Of a stretch of DNA of 64,000 bases, positions 11,294 to 22,871 are shown in pieces. The stretch lies in NCBI GenBank assembly GCA_965237955.1, contig OZ250169.1, positions 1,600,001 to 1,664,000 on the forward strand, given 5' to 3'. Position 1 is the stretch's first letter; the number at the start of each line of letters is the position of its first letter. This stretch comes from Candidatus Marinacidobacterales bacterium (lineage in GTDB: Bacteria > Acidobacteriota > Vicinamibacteria > Marinacidobacterales > SMYC01). The notes below the pieces were generated by a model that saw only the letters and a program-made list of their open reading frames with translations, searched no databases and was not told where the DNA came from. Made by a program: the position numbers and the translations under genes.

Positions 11294-11482
11294 TCAGCTC
11301 TGGCTCGGCGGCGCAGCACCCCGAAGGGAGATCGGCGTCGTCGTCTTCACACTCGCGTCCGCGACGGAAATACCCGCCCCGCGCACGAGCTGTTGTTGCC
11401 TTCGCTTGTTCGCCATCTCAGCGATTGCCTTGCGGCGTTGCGCTAGAAATTTCCGGCTTGACGAATTGCTGGGCTTGGCCAT
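11294..11482 (-). CDS. Small basic hypothetical protein (62 aa)
   Basis: AGGGAG RBS before the ATG at 11482; near-consensus sigma70 promoter upstream. Confidence 0.55.
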   Translation of the reverse strand: MAKPSNSSSRKFLAQRRKAIAEMANKRRQQQLVRGAGISVADASVKTTTPISLRGAAPPSQS

Positions 11483-11527
11483 GTCAAACTCCCTTCGCGT
11501 TGGATGAAGCTGCATGAAGCTCGTACA

Positions 11528-11556
11528 AATTTATGCGAGGGAGCCCGATCTGTCAA
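11528..11556 (-). promoter_or_regulatory. Sigma70-type promoter for the 62-aa ORF
   Basis: Minus strand reads TTGACA-17 bp-TAAATT. Confidence 0.6.
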
Positions 11557-11621
11557 CCCATCCCGATCGACGCTCTGAACTACTGGCCTTGAAAAGCTTG
11601 TTTTCCGGTGAGGAAAAACTC

Positions 11622-11712
11622 AGCGCAAAAGCGCAAAGTCGCAAGGGCGCAAGGTGAGCGCCTTCGGCGCGGATTCTCGCTTTGCGTCTTTGCGCCTTGG
11701 CGTCTTTGCGTT
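11622..11712. repeat. Palindromic repeat element (cgcaaaggcgcaaag...ctttgcg family)
   Basis: Left arm gcgcaaaagcgcaaagtcgcaagggcgcaag, right arm ctttgcgtctttgcgccttggcgtctttgcgtt; shares its internal sequence with the copy at 46659. Confidence 0.8.
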
Positions 11713-11758
11713 AAAAAAAGCAGCGGCCAGAGAAGAAACGCAGAGTCGGCGAACTCCT

Positions 11759-13330
11759 CTAGCGGATGGCGATGTTGGAGTCGTCTAGAATCGTTCCTTT
11801 CGCTCTCTCGAACGCAGCGATGGCTTTCACGAAGTCGATCAGCGCTCTCAGCTCGTTCGCGGCCGCCTGCGACAGATCGCGCTGCGCTTGTACGATGAAA
11901 AAGCTCGTCGACATACCGACCTCGAACTTCTTCTGTTCCGCTTCGAGTCGGCGGTGTGCGAGCTCCCGTGCGACGCGGCTCGCGTCGATACGCTTCCGGT
12001 TGGTGGCGACCGCTCTCGCCGCTCGCCGAACTTCCTGCGCGATGAGAATCTCGTTCGAGCTGATGAGCGCTCGTTGCTGCCGCGCCGCCACTTGAGTCTG
12101 CGCGTGCTGTGCTTCGGCCTGCGAATTACCGAGCGGATAAGAAATATTGAGCCCGATCGACCAATCGCGGAATTCGCGGCCGAACACTTGATCGATGGCG
12201 TCGCCGTAGCCGCCCGGAATGATCAAGCGGGGCTGGCCGGCGAAGTCGTCGCGGACGAGCTGGTTGCCGCCGACACCGCTAAACGCCAGCGAGCCGACGA
12301 CGTCGAGTTGCGGCATCAGCTGATTCTTGGCGAAGCGAACGTAGTACGTACGCGTCTCGAGCTCGACCCGAGACTGCTCCAGGATCGGACGGCGCGACAA
12401 CGCGATTCTTACCGCATCGTCGACATCGATCTCGATCTCCTCGATGGTGGGCTGATCGATAGGGGCGTAGCTGTTGCTCCAGAAATCGAGGGAATCGGGA
12501 TCGTTGATGAGCCGTTTGAGGATATCTTCAGTGACCCGGATCCATTCTTCGGCGAGGATGACGGTTTCGTTCCGGACGGCAACTTCCGCTTGCGCCTCGA
12601 GCACATCGATCGGCGCCATGGTGCCGACCTCCACTTGAATGCGATTGTTGCGAAGTAGATCTTCCGCGAGCCCGAGCGAGCGACGCGCCACCTCGAGATC
12701 CCGGATCGCGAAGACGAGATCCCAATAGGCGAACTCGACATCGCGAACCGTGTCCATGACCGAGAGCTCGAACTGATTGCGTGAGATACGCTCTCCGTTT
12801 CGCGCCACGAGAATCTGCTGCTTGCTCGCGTCGGTGCCGAAATTCGCCATCAACGGTTGGGTAATCTGCGCGCTGGCGACGGCGTTGTACAGCGGGTTGA
12901 AACCGGTGAACGCGCTGTTGGTCGTCGAGCGAAGATTCAACCATTGGATGTTGTAGTTTCCACCCGTCGCGAGCTGCTGTTGCCACGTGAAGTTGTAATT
13001 GGTCCGCGTGCTCGTCAATGTCTGCGCACCGACGAGCTGGTTTTGCGCCGGTGAGGCGCTTTCGAACGTATTGATCCCGAGCGAGATAAACGGCTGGTAG
13101 ACTCCGCGCGCGAACGAGACTCCTTCCGCCCGCACTTGAGTGTCGAGGCGGGACACAACGATGTCCAGGTTGTTCTCGAGCGCCATCTCGATGGCCTGTT
13201 GAAGCGTGATCTGAACGGCGTTGGGATCGACGTTAGGAAGCTCGGCTGCGCTCTCGCTCTGTGCACTCACCGCGGCGGACGCGCCGAGTAGATAGACAAA
13301 TAGCACGATCAGAAGGCGATACAGTTTCAT
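11759..13330 (-). CDS. TolC family outer membrane efflux protein
   Basis: Signal peptide, ITLQQAIEMALENNLDI, EVGTMAPIDVLEAQAEVA, AEQKKFEVGMST. Confidence 0.9.
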   Translation of the reverse strand: MKLYRLLIVLFVYLLGASAAVSAQSESAAELPNVDPNAVQITLQQAIEMALENNLDIVVSRLDTQVRAEGVSFARGVYQPFISLGINTFESASPAQNQLVGAQTLTSTRTNYNFTWQQQLATGGNYNIQWLNLRSTTNSAFTGFNPLYNAVASAQITQPLMANFGTDASKQQILVARNGERISRNQFELSVMDTVRDVEFAYWDLVFAIRDLEVARRSLGLAEDLLRNNRIQVEVGTMAPIDVLEAQAEVAVRNETVILAEEWIRVTEDILKRLINDPDSLDFWSNSYAPIDQPTIEEIEIDVDDAVRIALSRRPILEQSRVELETRTYYVRFAKNQLMPQLDVVGSLAFSGVGGNQLVRDDFAGQPRLIIPGGYGDAIDQVFGREFRDWSIGLNISYPLGNSQAEAQHAQTQVAARQQRALISSNEILIAQEVRRAARAVATNRKRIDASRVARELAHRRLEAEQKKFEVGMSTSFFIVQAQRDLSQAAANELRALIDFVKAIAAFERAKGTILDDSNIAIR

Positions 13331-13533
13331 GGTTTTCCTCGTGGAGCTCAGTACGAACAATACTGACAGGGCAATCTCCTCAAATATCGTACGGACCTCG
13401 CTACGAAAATACGCGACGCCCGGCGATTAAGTTCCCTCGGGGGTGCATTTTAATACGCGCGTCGCCGTCTCGCAGCTGGATCGGGTAAAGGATGTAAAAA
13501 CGTGCCCGTGCCCGATCAGTAGTCCTGTCCAGC

Positions 13534-13577
13534 TCCCCTGCCCTTGCCCCTGCCCCAGCAGGGGCAAGGGCAGGGGA
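13534..13577. repeat. Perfect 20-bp-stem hairpin of the gcccct/gccctt repeat family
   Basis: tcccctgcccttgcccctgc-ccca-gcaggggcaagggcagggga. Confidence 0.85.
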
Positions 13578-13594
13578 CGCTACAATGAGACCCC

Positions 13595-14332
13595 GTGCCG
13601 CTATACAAAATCCTGCTCGCCTACGATGGGACCGCCTACCGGGGATGGCAGGTGCAACCCGAAGGCGACACGATTCAGGGTCGATTGCGAGACGCGCTGT
13701 CGCGCATGGCAAAGACTTCCGTGGACGTCGTCGCCGCCGCGCGTACCGATGCAGGCGTCCATGCGCTCGGACAAGCCGCACATTTTCAATTGGTGCACGC
13801 GATCCCGGCGGACGGCCTGGCCCGTGGGTTGAACACGATGCTCCCGGAAGACATCCGCGTTCGCCACGTCGAGGAAGCACCACCGGAGTTCCATGCCCGC
13901 TACCGCGCTCGGTCGAAAACCTATCGCTACCACCTCGATCGGGCTCCGGTGCCGCTCCCGTTCCGCTCGCGGTTCGCGCTCCACCACCCTCACGATCTCG
14001 ATCGCGCCTCGCTCGACGAAGCCGCGCGTTTGTTTCAGGGCGAGCACGACTTCGCTGCGTTCCGCGCATCCTCTTGCAACGCCAAGACGACGACCCGGCA
14101 CGTGTTCGTCTCGCACTGGCTCGACCACGACACCGAGCTCGTATTCGAAGTCGCTGCCACCGGCTTCTTGCAGCACATGATCCGGAACATGGTGGGAACC
14201 CTGCTCGAAATCGGTCGGGGCAAACGACCGGTAGAATCCATCACCCACCTGTTCGCGAGGGGGGACCGTACCCAAGCTGGACCGACGGCGCCAGCCAAAG
14301 GCCTCCATCTCATACGCGTCGACTACCCCTAA
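13595..14332 (+). CDS. truA: tRNA pseudouridine(38-40) synthase
   Basis: YDGTAYRGWQVQ, RTDAGVHA, FHARY, GFLQHMIRNMVG, GPTAPAKGL. Confidence 0.95.
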   Translation: MPLYKILLAYDGTAYRGWQVQPEGDTIQGRLRDALSRMAKTSVDVVAAARTDAGVHALGQAAHFQLVHAIPADGLARGLNTMLPEDIRVRHVEEAPPEFHARYRARSKTYRYHLDRAPVPLPFRSRFALHHPHDLDRASLDEAARLFQGEHDFAAFRASSCNAKTTTRHVFVSHWLDHDTELVFEVAATGFLQHMIRNMVGTLLEIGRGKRPVESITHLFARGDRTQAGPTAPAKGLHLIRVDYP

Positions 14333-14336
14333 CAGG

Positions 14337-17300
14337 ATGTCCAGGATGCCCAAGATGACAGGGAGCTCGCGACGTCCGCCGGTCATTCGCGTCCGAGGCG
14401 CGCGCCAGAACAATCTGAAGAATCTCGACCTCGACGTTCCGGTGGGTAGTCTCCTCGCGATCACAGGAGTTTCCGGCTCGGGGAAATCATCTCTGGCCTT
14501 CGACACGCTCTACGCGGAAGGTCAGAGACGCTACGTCGAAAGCTTCTCCACATACGCACGGCAGTTCCTCGATCGGATGGACAAACCGCAGGTGGAATCG
14601 ATCCACGGCGTGCCTCCCGCCATCGCCATCGATCAGAGCAATCCGGTCAAGAACTCTCGCTCGACCGTGGGGACGATGACCGAGCTCAACGATCACGTGA
14701 AGCTTCTTTTTTCGAAGCTGGCGACGCTTTCTTGTCGCACATGCGGCGAGCCGATCGAGAAGGATGACGCCGCATCGATCGCGAGAAAACTCGAAGGTCG
14801 CCGCGACGCTCGAGCGATGGTGAGCTTTCCTCTCGACCTTACCGGGCTCAGCGGGCGCATCGAGCCCAGGAACGTTTCCGCTCATCTGGAAGAAATGGGA
14901 TTCCACCGCTTGCTCGATGCCGAAGGAGCCATCCTCGACGTCACGCCCGAGGCACTCGCAGCCGAATCGGTGAACGTTCTCGTCGACCGTCTCCGTCTCC
15001 AAGAGGGCTCGCGCTCACGGCTCGTCGATTCGCTGGAGCAAGCGCTTCGCTACGGCCAAGGGCGGGTGAGCGTTTTGGTCGAGAGAGCGCGCGGCCGCTT
15101 CCGTGAGAGCAAGTTCAGTGACCAGCGCCATTGCCCCGCGTGCGATATCACCTACGCCGAGCCGGTAGCGAACCTGTTCTCATTCAATAGCCCTTTGGGA
15201 GCGTGCGAGATGTGCAAAGGTTTCGGACGCACGATTGGCGTCGACCTCGATCTCGTCGTCCCCGATCCGAGACGCTCGCTACGAGACGGCGCGATCAAGC
15301 CGTGGCAGACCAAGAGCTACGCCGAGGGACAAGACGACCTCATCGCGTTTTGCCGACGGCGGAAGATTCCAGTGGATCGGCCGTGGAAAATCTTGCGCGC
15401 CCAGCACCGGCGGCTCGTCATCAACGGTGACGGAAGCTTCTACGGCATCCAGGGGTTTTTCGATTGGCTCGAAGGCCGGACGTACAGAATGCACGTCCGG
15501 GTGCTGCTCTCGAAATATCGCAGCTACCACAGGTGCGAGGACTGCGGCGGGACGAGGTTCCAGCCGGAAACGTTGTTGTACCGGCTCGGCGGAAAAACGA
15601 TCGCGGAGATCTACGCTCTCGACATCGTGAGCGCGCTTCGGTTCTTCCGTCGGTTGTCGCGGCCGGGGCAAAACCCGGTGGCCGAGCTGCTTCACACCGA
15701 GATCGAATCTCGCCTCGACTATCTCGAACGCGTCGGCCTCGGGTATCTGACGCTCGAGCGGCAATCGCGAACCCTTTCGGGCGGCGAAGTCCAGCGCGTG
15801 GACCTCACCACCGCGCTCGGCTCGTCGCTCGTCAATACACTCTACGTCCTCGACGAGCCGTCCATCGGACTCCATCCACGCGACACCGCTCGTCTCATGG
15901 ACATTCTGAAAAAACTCCGCGACAGCGACAACACCATCGTCGTCGTCGAGCACGACGCCGAAGTCATCCGTCGAGCCGACTACGTTCTCGACCTCGGCCC
16001 CGCCGCGGGCGAGCGCGGTGGCGAGATCGTCTATTTCGGACCCACATCGAAATTCACCCGCGAGCGCGCCTCGCTCACCGCCCAATACCTCGGCGGCAAG
16101 CGCATGATCCCATTCCGCGAACGACGACGATCGCCCGATGGGCACCCTGCGATCCGAATAATAGGCGCGCGCGCGAACAATTTGAAGAGTATCGACGTCG
16201 TCATTCCCCTCGGACTCCTCACCGCCGTGACCGGCGTCTCCGGGTCGGGGAAGAGCAGTCTCATCGAAGACGTTCTCTACCGAAGTTATCGACGTTTCCG
16301 TGGCGAGAGCACGACCGAGCCCGGGGCGCGCGATGCCATCGAAGGGTTCGAGCTCGTCTCGGACATCGTGCTCGTCGACCAGTCACCTCTCGGAAGAACA
16401 CCGCGTGCCAACCCAGCCACCTATCTCAAGGCCTACGACGGCATCCGACGAGCGTTTGCGTCGACACCGGAAGCGAAGAAGAGGGGCTACACCGCGAGCA
16501 CGTTCAGCTTCAATGTGGACGGGGGACGCTGCCCGCTTTGCTCGGGGGACGGGTTCGAGCGCGTGGAGATGCAGTTTCTCTCGGACGTGTTCGTGACGTG
16601 CGAGTCGTGCGCGGGCGCACGGTTCACAAACGACGTTCTCGAGGTTCGGTACCGGGGCAAGAACATCCGTGAGGTGTTGTCGTTCACGATCAGGGAGGCG
16701 TTGATTTTTTTCGAAGACGACCGAAAAATCGCCGCACCGCTCGAGATCGTCGCCGAGATCGGTCTCGGCTATCTGCGTTTGGGACAGCCGCTCAACACAC
16801 TTTCGGGTGGCGAAGCGCAGCGTCTCAAGCTTGCGCGGCAGATGGCGCGAGCCGAGAGCGCCGAGAGCGCCGAATACGCGGGGACGCTCTTTCTGTTCGA
16901 CGAGCCGACAACCGGCCTTCATTTCGACGACATTCGACTTTTACTTCGAGCGTTTCACAAGCTGATCGATCAAGGTGCGAGCGTCGTCGTCATCGAGCAC
17001 AACTTGGACGTCATCAAAGACAGCGACTGGGTCATCGATCTCGGACCGGAGGGAGGTGATGCGGACGGTGAGATCATCGTTTCGGGGCCTCCCGAGGCGG
17101 TCGTCGTCGAGCGCCGTTCGTACACCGGAAATTTCCTCGATCCATACCTGAAAAAAAACCTCCGCGACTCGCGCCCGCACCCCTCGAGAGAACCCGCGAG
17201 CGTGGGAACCATGTCGCGGTTCGCGGCGCTCGCCAGCACAACTTGAGAAACGTCGACGTCGACATCCCTCGGGACCAGCTCGTCGTCGTGACCGGCCTGT

Positions 17301-19989
17301 CGGGATCGGGGAAGAGCAGCCTCGCGTTCGACATCGTCTTCGCCGAAGGACAGAGACGATTTCTCGAAAGCCTGTCTGCCTACGCGCGCCAATACATCCG
17401 TGTCCTCGACAAGCCGGACGTCGACCTCGTGACCGGCCTGCCGCCGACGATCGCCATCGAGCAACGACTCACCCGCGGCGGGAGAAACTCCACTGTTTCG
17501 ACCGTGACCGAGATTTAACATTACTTGCGACTCCTCTACTCAAAAGTAGGAACCCAGCATTGCGTCGATTGCGACATCCCGATCACTCCCCAGACCGAAG
17601 ATCAGATCCTCGCGGACATTCGATCACGCTTCCGGGGAAAGACCTTGTCGCTCTTCGTCCCTCTGTGCGTGCCCGCAAAGGCTCCCACCGGATCGTGCTC
17701 GAGCGTGCCGTCAAAGACGGCTACAAGAAACTCCGCATCGACGGCCGCGTCATCGACGGCAGGGCCGCCGGTGGCGCCCGCCCACTGAAATTGCCACGCT
17801 ACGTCGAGCACGACATCGAGGCTTTGGTCTGGTCGGGAACGCCGAGCGCACTATCGAAAGAGCTCGGAAAAGCTCTCCGGAACGGCAAAGGCGCGTTCCT
17901 CGTCGTGGCCGCTCGTGAAAGCCGCTACTACAACTCGCGCCGCGCTTGTCCGCGGTGTGAGCGTAGCTACGAAGAGCTCGACCCGCGGATGTTCTCGTTC
18001 GGAAGTCGCTTCGGAGCCTGCCCGGAGTGTGCCGGAGCCGGGATCGAAGCGTCCTTCGACCGCCGCCTGGTGGTTCCCGATGACACCTTGAGCCTCGCGG
18101 AGGGCGCGCTCGCCGTGTTCCCGAAAGCGCGGAGCCGGATGCCCGGTCTTCCGCGCACCCGCGCACAACGAGACGTCAAGGGTCTCGGGATCGATCCGGA
18201 GCGAGCGTGGCGGCGCATCGCACGAGGCAAACAGGACGCTTTTTTCGAGCGGTTGTTCGCTTCTCTCGACGCTCTCTACCAGGATTCGCAGGGAGAGCTA
18301 CGTGACTTCCTTGCGCAGTTTCGTTCCGAACGGACGTGCGCTTCGTGCGGCGGCGGCCGGGTACACGCGCAGGCTCGTGCGGTGCGCGTGTCCGGTCGCG
18401 CGATCACAGACGTCGCCGCTCTGACACCGGACGGCGTGCTCCAATTCCTCGACGAGCTCCGAGCGGGCGAGCTCGAAAAGAGTGGGCGCGCGCTCACGGT
18501 CGCCTCCTCGCTTCTTGAGGAAATCGAGTCCCGGCTCCAGCTGCTGTTGAAAGTCGGCCTTTCCTACCTGCAGCTCTCGCGGCGCGCCGACACCCTTTCC
18601 GGTGGTGAATCGCAGCGGGTGCGGCTGGCCGCGCAGCTCGGCTCGCATCTCAGAGGCGTATGCTACGTTCTCGACGAGCCGACCATCGGTCTCCACGCGC
18701 GCGACAACGAACAGCTTTTAGAGACACTGCGCGAGCTCGTTCTCGCCGGCAACTCGGTCGTCATCGTCGAACACGACGAAGACACCATCCGGAACGCGGA
18801 CTACGTGATCGATCTCGGCCCGGGCGGAGGCACCGAAGGCGGCAACATCGTGGCGCAGGGAACGCCTCAGCAGATCCTGACCAATCCCGAGTCGGTGACC
18901 GGCCGGTACTTGCGCCGAAAATCTCCACCACCGGAGACGCGCCCGCTAAATGATATCCCCTTTCTCGAGATCCGCGGCGCCCGTGAGAACAACTTGAAAA
19001 AACTCGACGTGCGCTTTCCACTCGGCCGTCTGTCCGTCGTCACCGGTGTCTCCGGCTCGGGCAAGAGCACGCTCGTGCGCGAGGTCCTCGGTAAAGCGGT
19101 GCGGCGGGCCCTCGGAGGGAGTGCTCTGCCGGGAGAGCACGACACACTCGTCGGCCTTGATCAAGCCCAAGACCAACACCAACTCGACCGTGTTCGCGAA
19201 GTGGACCAGACGCCCATCGGCCGAACGCCGCGCTCGATCCCTGCGTCGTACGTCGGCTTTTTCGACGAGATACGGAAACTATTCGCGAGAACGCCCGCGG
19301 CGCGCATGGCGGGCTACAGCCCGGGACGATTCTCGTTCAACGTCAAAGGCGGCCGGTGCGAGGCCTGTGCCGGGCAAGGCACGATCAAGATGGAGATGAG
19401 CTTCCTTCCGAACGTGTACGTGCACTGCGACAGCTGCGGCGGGCGTCGTTTCAACGACGAGACGTTGTCGGTCACGTTCCGGGGCAAGAACATCTACGAG
19501 ATTCTGGAGATGACCTTCGCGGAAGCGGGGACGCTCTTCGAGCGCATCCCCTCGATCCACCGGCCGATACGCTTTCTGAGCGAGATTGGCCTCGGCTATC
19601 TCACTCTAGGCCAACCCTCCAACACCCTCTCGGGCGGTGAAGCGCAACGCATCAAGCTCGCGTACGAGCTTGCCAAACCGTCGCGCGGAAAAACCCTCTA
19701 CTTGCTGGACGAGCCGACGACGGGGCTTCACCTGGCCGATATCGAAAAGCTAGTGAACGGATTCCAGGCGCTCGTCGAGCGCGGCAACACGGTGGTCGTC
19801 ATCGAGCACAACCTTCACATCGTCGCCGAAGCCGATTGCGTCATCGACCTCGGACCCGAGGGAGGAGCGCGCGGTGGGGAGCTGGTTTCTTGGCGCTCAC
19901 CCACTCAGATCGCACGCGAGACACGCTCGCACACGGGACGGTACTTGCAGGCGCATTTCAGCGCGAAGCGCGCGTCGGCGGCGTCGTAG
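14337..19989 (+). CDS. uvrA: Double-length (tandem-fused) excinuclease ABC subunit A, about 1880 aa; broken in this sequence by frameshifts (A8 run at 17151-17158; about 17665) and an in-frame TAA (17516-17518)
   Basis: Four Walker A blocks (G[VL]SGSGKS), four LSGGE signatures and DEP motifs. Shifting frame at the A8 run gives a continuous [34 protein letters not shown]. Confidence 0.88.
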
Positions 19990-19991
19990 TC

Positions 19992-20760
19992 CTATTCGTT
20001 GCTGTCGCGGCGGCGCGAGAGCGCGAGGAGACCGAGCCCGAGCCCGAGCAATGCCAACGCACCCGGCGCAGGTAACAACACGAGATTGTCTACCGCTCCC
20101 GAACCGCCGAGCGTGATCTCGATCCTGTCGAACAGCCCGAACCCCCCGATGGGCGCGATGCGGTTGACGGTGTTGTTCCCGAACACCGCATCTTGGTCGA
20201 AAGCCCCGCCATCCAGAAACTCGGCGAACGCGATCGTATCGATGACCACACCTTCCATGAGGAACGTCGCGAAGTGCCCCGGCTCTTCGCCGATGCCGAT
20301 TCCTTCGATATCGATCAAGTCGAACCCTACGGCCGCTTCGAGGGTCGGCCAAATCGAAAATGAGCATCCCCGCTTGGCGGTTACCTTCATCATCGGGAAA
20401 ATCGGCGAAGCCGTCTCCGATACCGATGCTGTTCTCGGCGATGATGATGGCGGTACCGAGCTCGAGATTCTCGAGCTCGAACGGAGTGAGATTGCCTCCA
20501 TCCCACGAAGGTCCTTCGAGATCCGGGTCCCGCGTACCGGTTAAGCCAGTGTCGAAGCCTATCGCGAGATTCGGGTGGTCGGTAGGGCCGCCCTCGCCGA
20601 AACTGAAGTTGATGGCGCTGATGGTGATGCCAAAAATCTGTGTCGAGGCTACTTCGCCATGCGCGATGTCGTCGAAGGTAATGACGCCGGCAGTGCTCGT
20701 GCCGAGTCCGCACATGACGATGGCGGTAACTGCCGCAAACGAGATGGTGCGCTGTTTCAT
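19992..20760 (-). CDS. Secreted protein with PEP-CTERM-like C-terminal sorting signal (one frameshift about 20345)
   Basis: Signal peptide MKQRTISFAAVTAIVMCGLGTSTAG-VITFDD; C-terminus LPAPGALALLGLGLGLLALSRRR. Confidence 0.8.
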
Positions 20761-20797
20761 TGTGTGCTTCTCCCCAAGAGTTACCTGTGATTTCCTA

Positions 20798-20983
20798 AGC
20801 AATTTTCGTGACAAACAGGCAAAGTGTTTGCAACACAACCTGTTACGTCTGATCGGGAAACTTCCGGACGACGCGAGAACGTAACCTATTCAGACACCGC
20901 AATCGGCGTGCGAGCCTCGATAATCGCAAATGATACTGATCACGAGACTTACGGGAGACCGGCGACTGTCAGAGAATTCGACG
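20798..20983 (-). promoter_or_regulatory. Sigma54-like promoter plus two degenerate TGT-N11-ACA boxes for the PEP-CTERM gene
   Basis: Minus TGTCACG-AAAA-TTGCT (20798-20813; one mismatch in the GG); boxes cgtaacctattcagaca (20880-20896) and tgtcagagaattcgacg (20967-20983). Confidence 0.5.
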
Positions 20984-20997
20984 GCTGTAACCGAGTC

Positions 20998-21030
20998 AGC
21001 CCCTCTTCTCCACGAAGGAGAAGAGGGGCT
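20998..21030. terminator. 14-bp-stem hairpin, possible terminator or RNA 3' structure
   Basis: agcccctcttctcc-acgaa-ggagaagaggggct; no clear U-tract on either strand. Confidence 0.55.
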
Positions 21031-21098
21031 ATCCGAGTGCTAGGTCGAATTTTAGGTCCCGGAGCTAAGTCAATTTCGTGCCGGCGACAGGAGCGAGC

Positions 21099-21289
21099 GC
21101 AACGCTCGTGCCACCTCGCCATGCTCGTTGTAACAGACTATTTGCGAAGGGTTTCCTCCGCTTGGGGCTGAAGGCGCCACCGGCGGAGTGTAAGCCAGCC
21201 CGACAGAACAGCAACTGGGTCTTCGCAATCCAAATAATTGAAAACAATGCTTGTCCCCGCATCGCGGGTGCCTGTCAGCATTTCCGACA
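21099..21289 (-). promoter_or_regulatory. Sigma54 promoter with two upstream TGT-N11-ACA enhancer-like boxes
   Basis: Minus TGGCACG-AGCG-TTGC (21099-21113); boxes tgtaagccagcccgaca (21189-21205) and tgtcagcatttccgaca (21273-21289); AT-rich spacer between the boxes. Confidence 0.7.
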
Positions 21290-21291
21290 CT

Positions 21292-22812
21292 TCATGGCAT
21301 CTCCGGAAGGCCCAGAAGGCGACGCCGCGCGCGATCGCGCGCTTGGGCAATGGCGACGTTGTCGGGAGCAAGCGCCAACGCGCGATCGTAGTAGGCAACC
21401 GCGTCGCCAATTTGCCCGAGCGCTTCCGCCGAGCCGGCCATCAGGACCCAGACGTCGACTTCATCGGCGAACTGGCGCTCGGTAGCACCGAGGTGCGTCA
21501 AAACGTCTCGATAGCGCCGTGAGGCGTACAGAAGACGTGCGAGCTCGAGATGCACGCGCACTTCATCCCCGTTGAGCTCGAGCGCAGCTTCCAACTCTTC
21601 GATCGCACGCGCTCTCGCGCCGCGCTCGGCGAGCGCGAGTCCTCGCGCGAAGCGATAGCGTCCCTCTTCGGCGCGCGTTCGAGCCCGCACGAGAACACGC
21701 GCGGGCTCGGGGTGGGCTCCGAGCTCGTTCTCGAATGCGAGAGCGCGCGCTTCGTTGTCGTCCACCGTCCACGTGTGCCACGTGTTGTCGACGAGCTCCG
21801 TGACCACAGCCCCGGCGCCATCGGTCACGAGCGCCAATTCGAAGCGCTCGTCGTTCGGCTGCACGATTCTCCGTCCTCGAAAGCTCAGCCGCGTCATCGT
21901 CAGCGCTTGCCTTTCTCTCGCGGACACGTCGAGCTCGATCGAATCTTCCCAGCGCTCACGCTCGACGGCGACTCCGACGAGCCGACCCACAAGGGTGAAA
22001 CGCACGCGGTAGCGCTCACCCTGCGCGCGCCATCGCAAATACCGGCTCGCGCCCGGAGCGAGCTCGAGAGCGTAGTGAAGCTCAAAAACGCCGGCATCGT
22101 CGGCGAACACCGACGAGACGAGCCGTGAGCGAAGCTCGCGCGTGCTCACCGCCACCCGCACGTTTTCGCCGAATACGCGATCACGCTCACGGAGCTCTGG
22201 GAAGGCGTCGAGACTCGCGAGGAGCGAGAGCGCCTCCTGTCGGCCTCCGCCGGGAACGAGCCCTTCTACTGCGAGCGCGAGCTCGGGGTCGACCGCGTCG
22301 AGCCCGGGGTCGGCTCCGAGCTCGAACGCTGAAGGCTCCGCCGCCGGCACGAGCGCCCCGACGCCGTCGGTGGCCGGATTCCAAAGACCGTACTCACCGG
22401 AGCCGCCACGTCGAAAGAACACGAGGTAAAACGAGTCCGGGAGGAACGAGACGTCGACACCGGTGTAATGCCAGAGCTCGGACGGCAGGATGCGGTGGCC
22501 GGCGCGGGTAAGATCTTCTCGAAAGCTCGGCGCACCGAGAAGTTGGTAGACGCGTCCGCGTTCAGACCACCGGCCAAGGTGTCCGAACAGACGCTCGCAC
22601 GCACGAAGCCTTTCGTGATGGCGGTTGCGATCCCGGTGGCTCCAAAACGCCTCGATGAAGCGATCCCGCAGATCCTCGGTCTCGAGCGCGCCGAATCGCG
22701 CGCGCTCGTCCGCGGTCAACAGAAAGTGGGCCTCGTCCTCGAGAAAAACGCGGTGACGCTCGGCGAGCGGCACCGGCAAAAGACCGAGAACGAGGAGCAT
22801 GACGGCCGCCAC
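21292..22812 (-). CDS. GWxTD-domain-like protein with C-terminal TPR repeats
   Basis: LLTADERARF...RDRFIEAFW...H.ER, GRWSERGRVYQLLGAP (degenerate GWxTDRG), ELWHY; TPR-like helices at the C-terminus. Confidence 0.75.
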   Translation of the reverse strand: MAAVMLLVLGLLPVPLAERHRVFLEDEAHFLLTADERARFGALETEDLRDRFIEAFWSHRDRNRHHERLRACERLFGHLGRWSERGRVYQLLGAPSFREDLTRAGHRILPSELWHYTGVDVSFLPDSFYLVFFRRGGSGEYGLWNPATDGVGALVPAAEPSAFELGADPGLDAVDPELALAVEGLVPGGGRQEALSLLASLDAFPELRERDRVFGENVRVAVSTRELRSRLVSSVFADDAGVFELHYALELAPGASRYLRWRAQGERYRVRFTLVGRLVGVAVERERWEDSIELDVSARERQALTMTRLSFRGRRIVQPNDERFELALVTDGAGAVVTELVDNTWHTWTVDDNEARALAFENELGAHPEPARVLVRARTRAEEGRYRFARGLALAERGARARAIEELEAALELNGDEVRVHLELARLLYASRRYRDVLTHLGATERQFADEVDVWVLMAGSAEALGQIGDAVAYYDRALALAPDNVAIAQARDRARRRLLGLPEMP

Positions 22813-22871
22813 CGCCCGACAATAGCATGGGAGCGATTCTCAACAGTATGCTAGAGTTAGGGGATCAAGCT

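Noticed and set aside
5825-17518. Two in-frame stops (TAG 5825-5827, TAA 17516-17518) both at positions where Tyr fits (K-Y-G, EI-Y-HY): possible stop-codon recoding
   Set aside because: TAG and TAA terminate many normal genes in the window, and both are one base from TAC/TAT. With the many frameshifts present, base errors or point mutations are more parsimonious.
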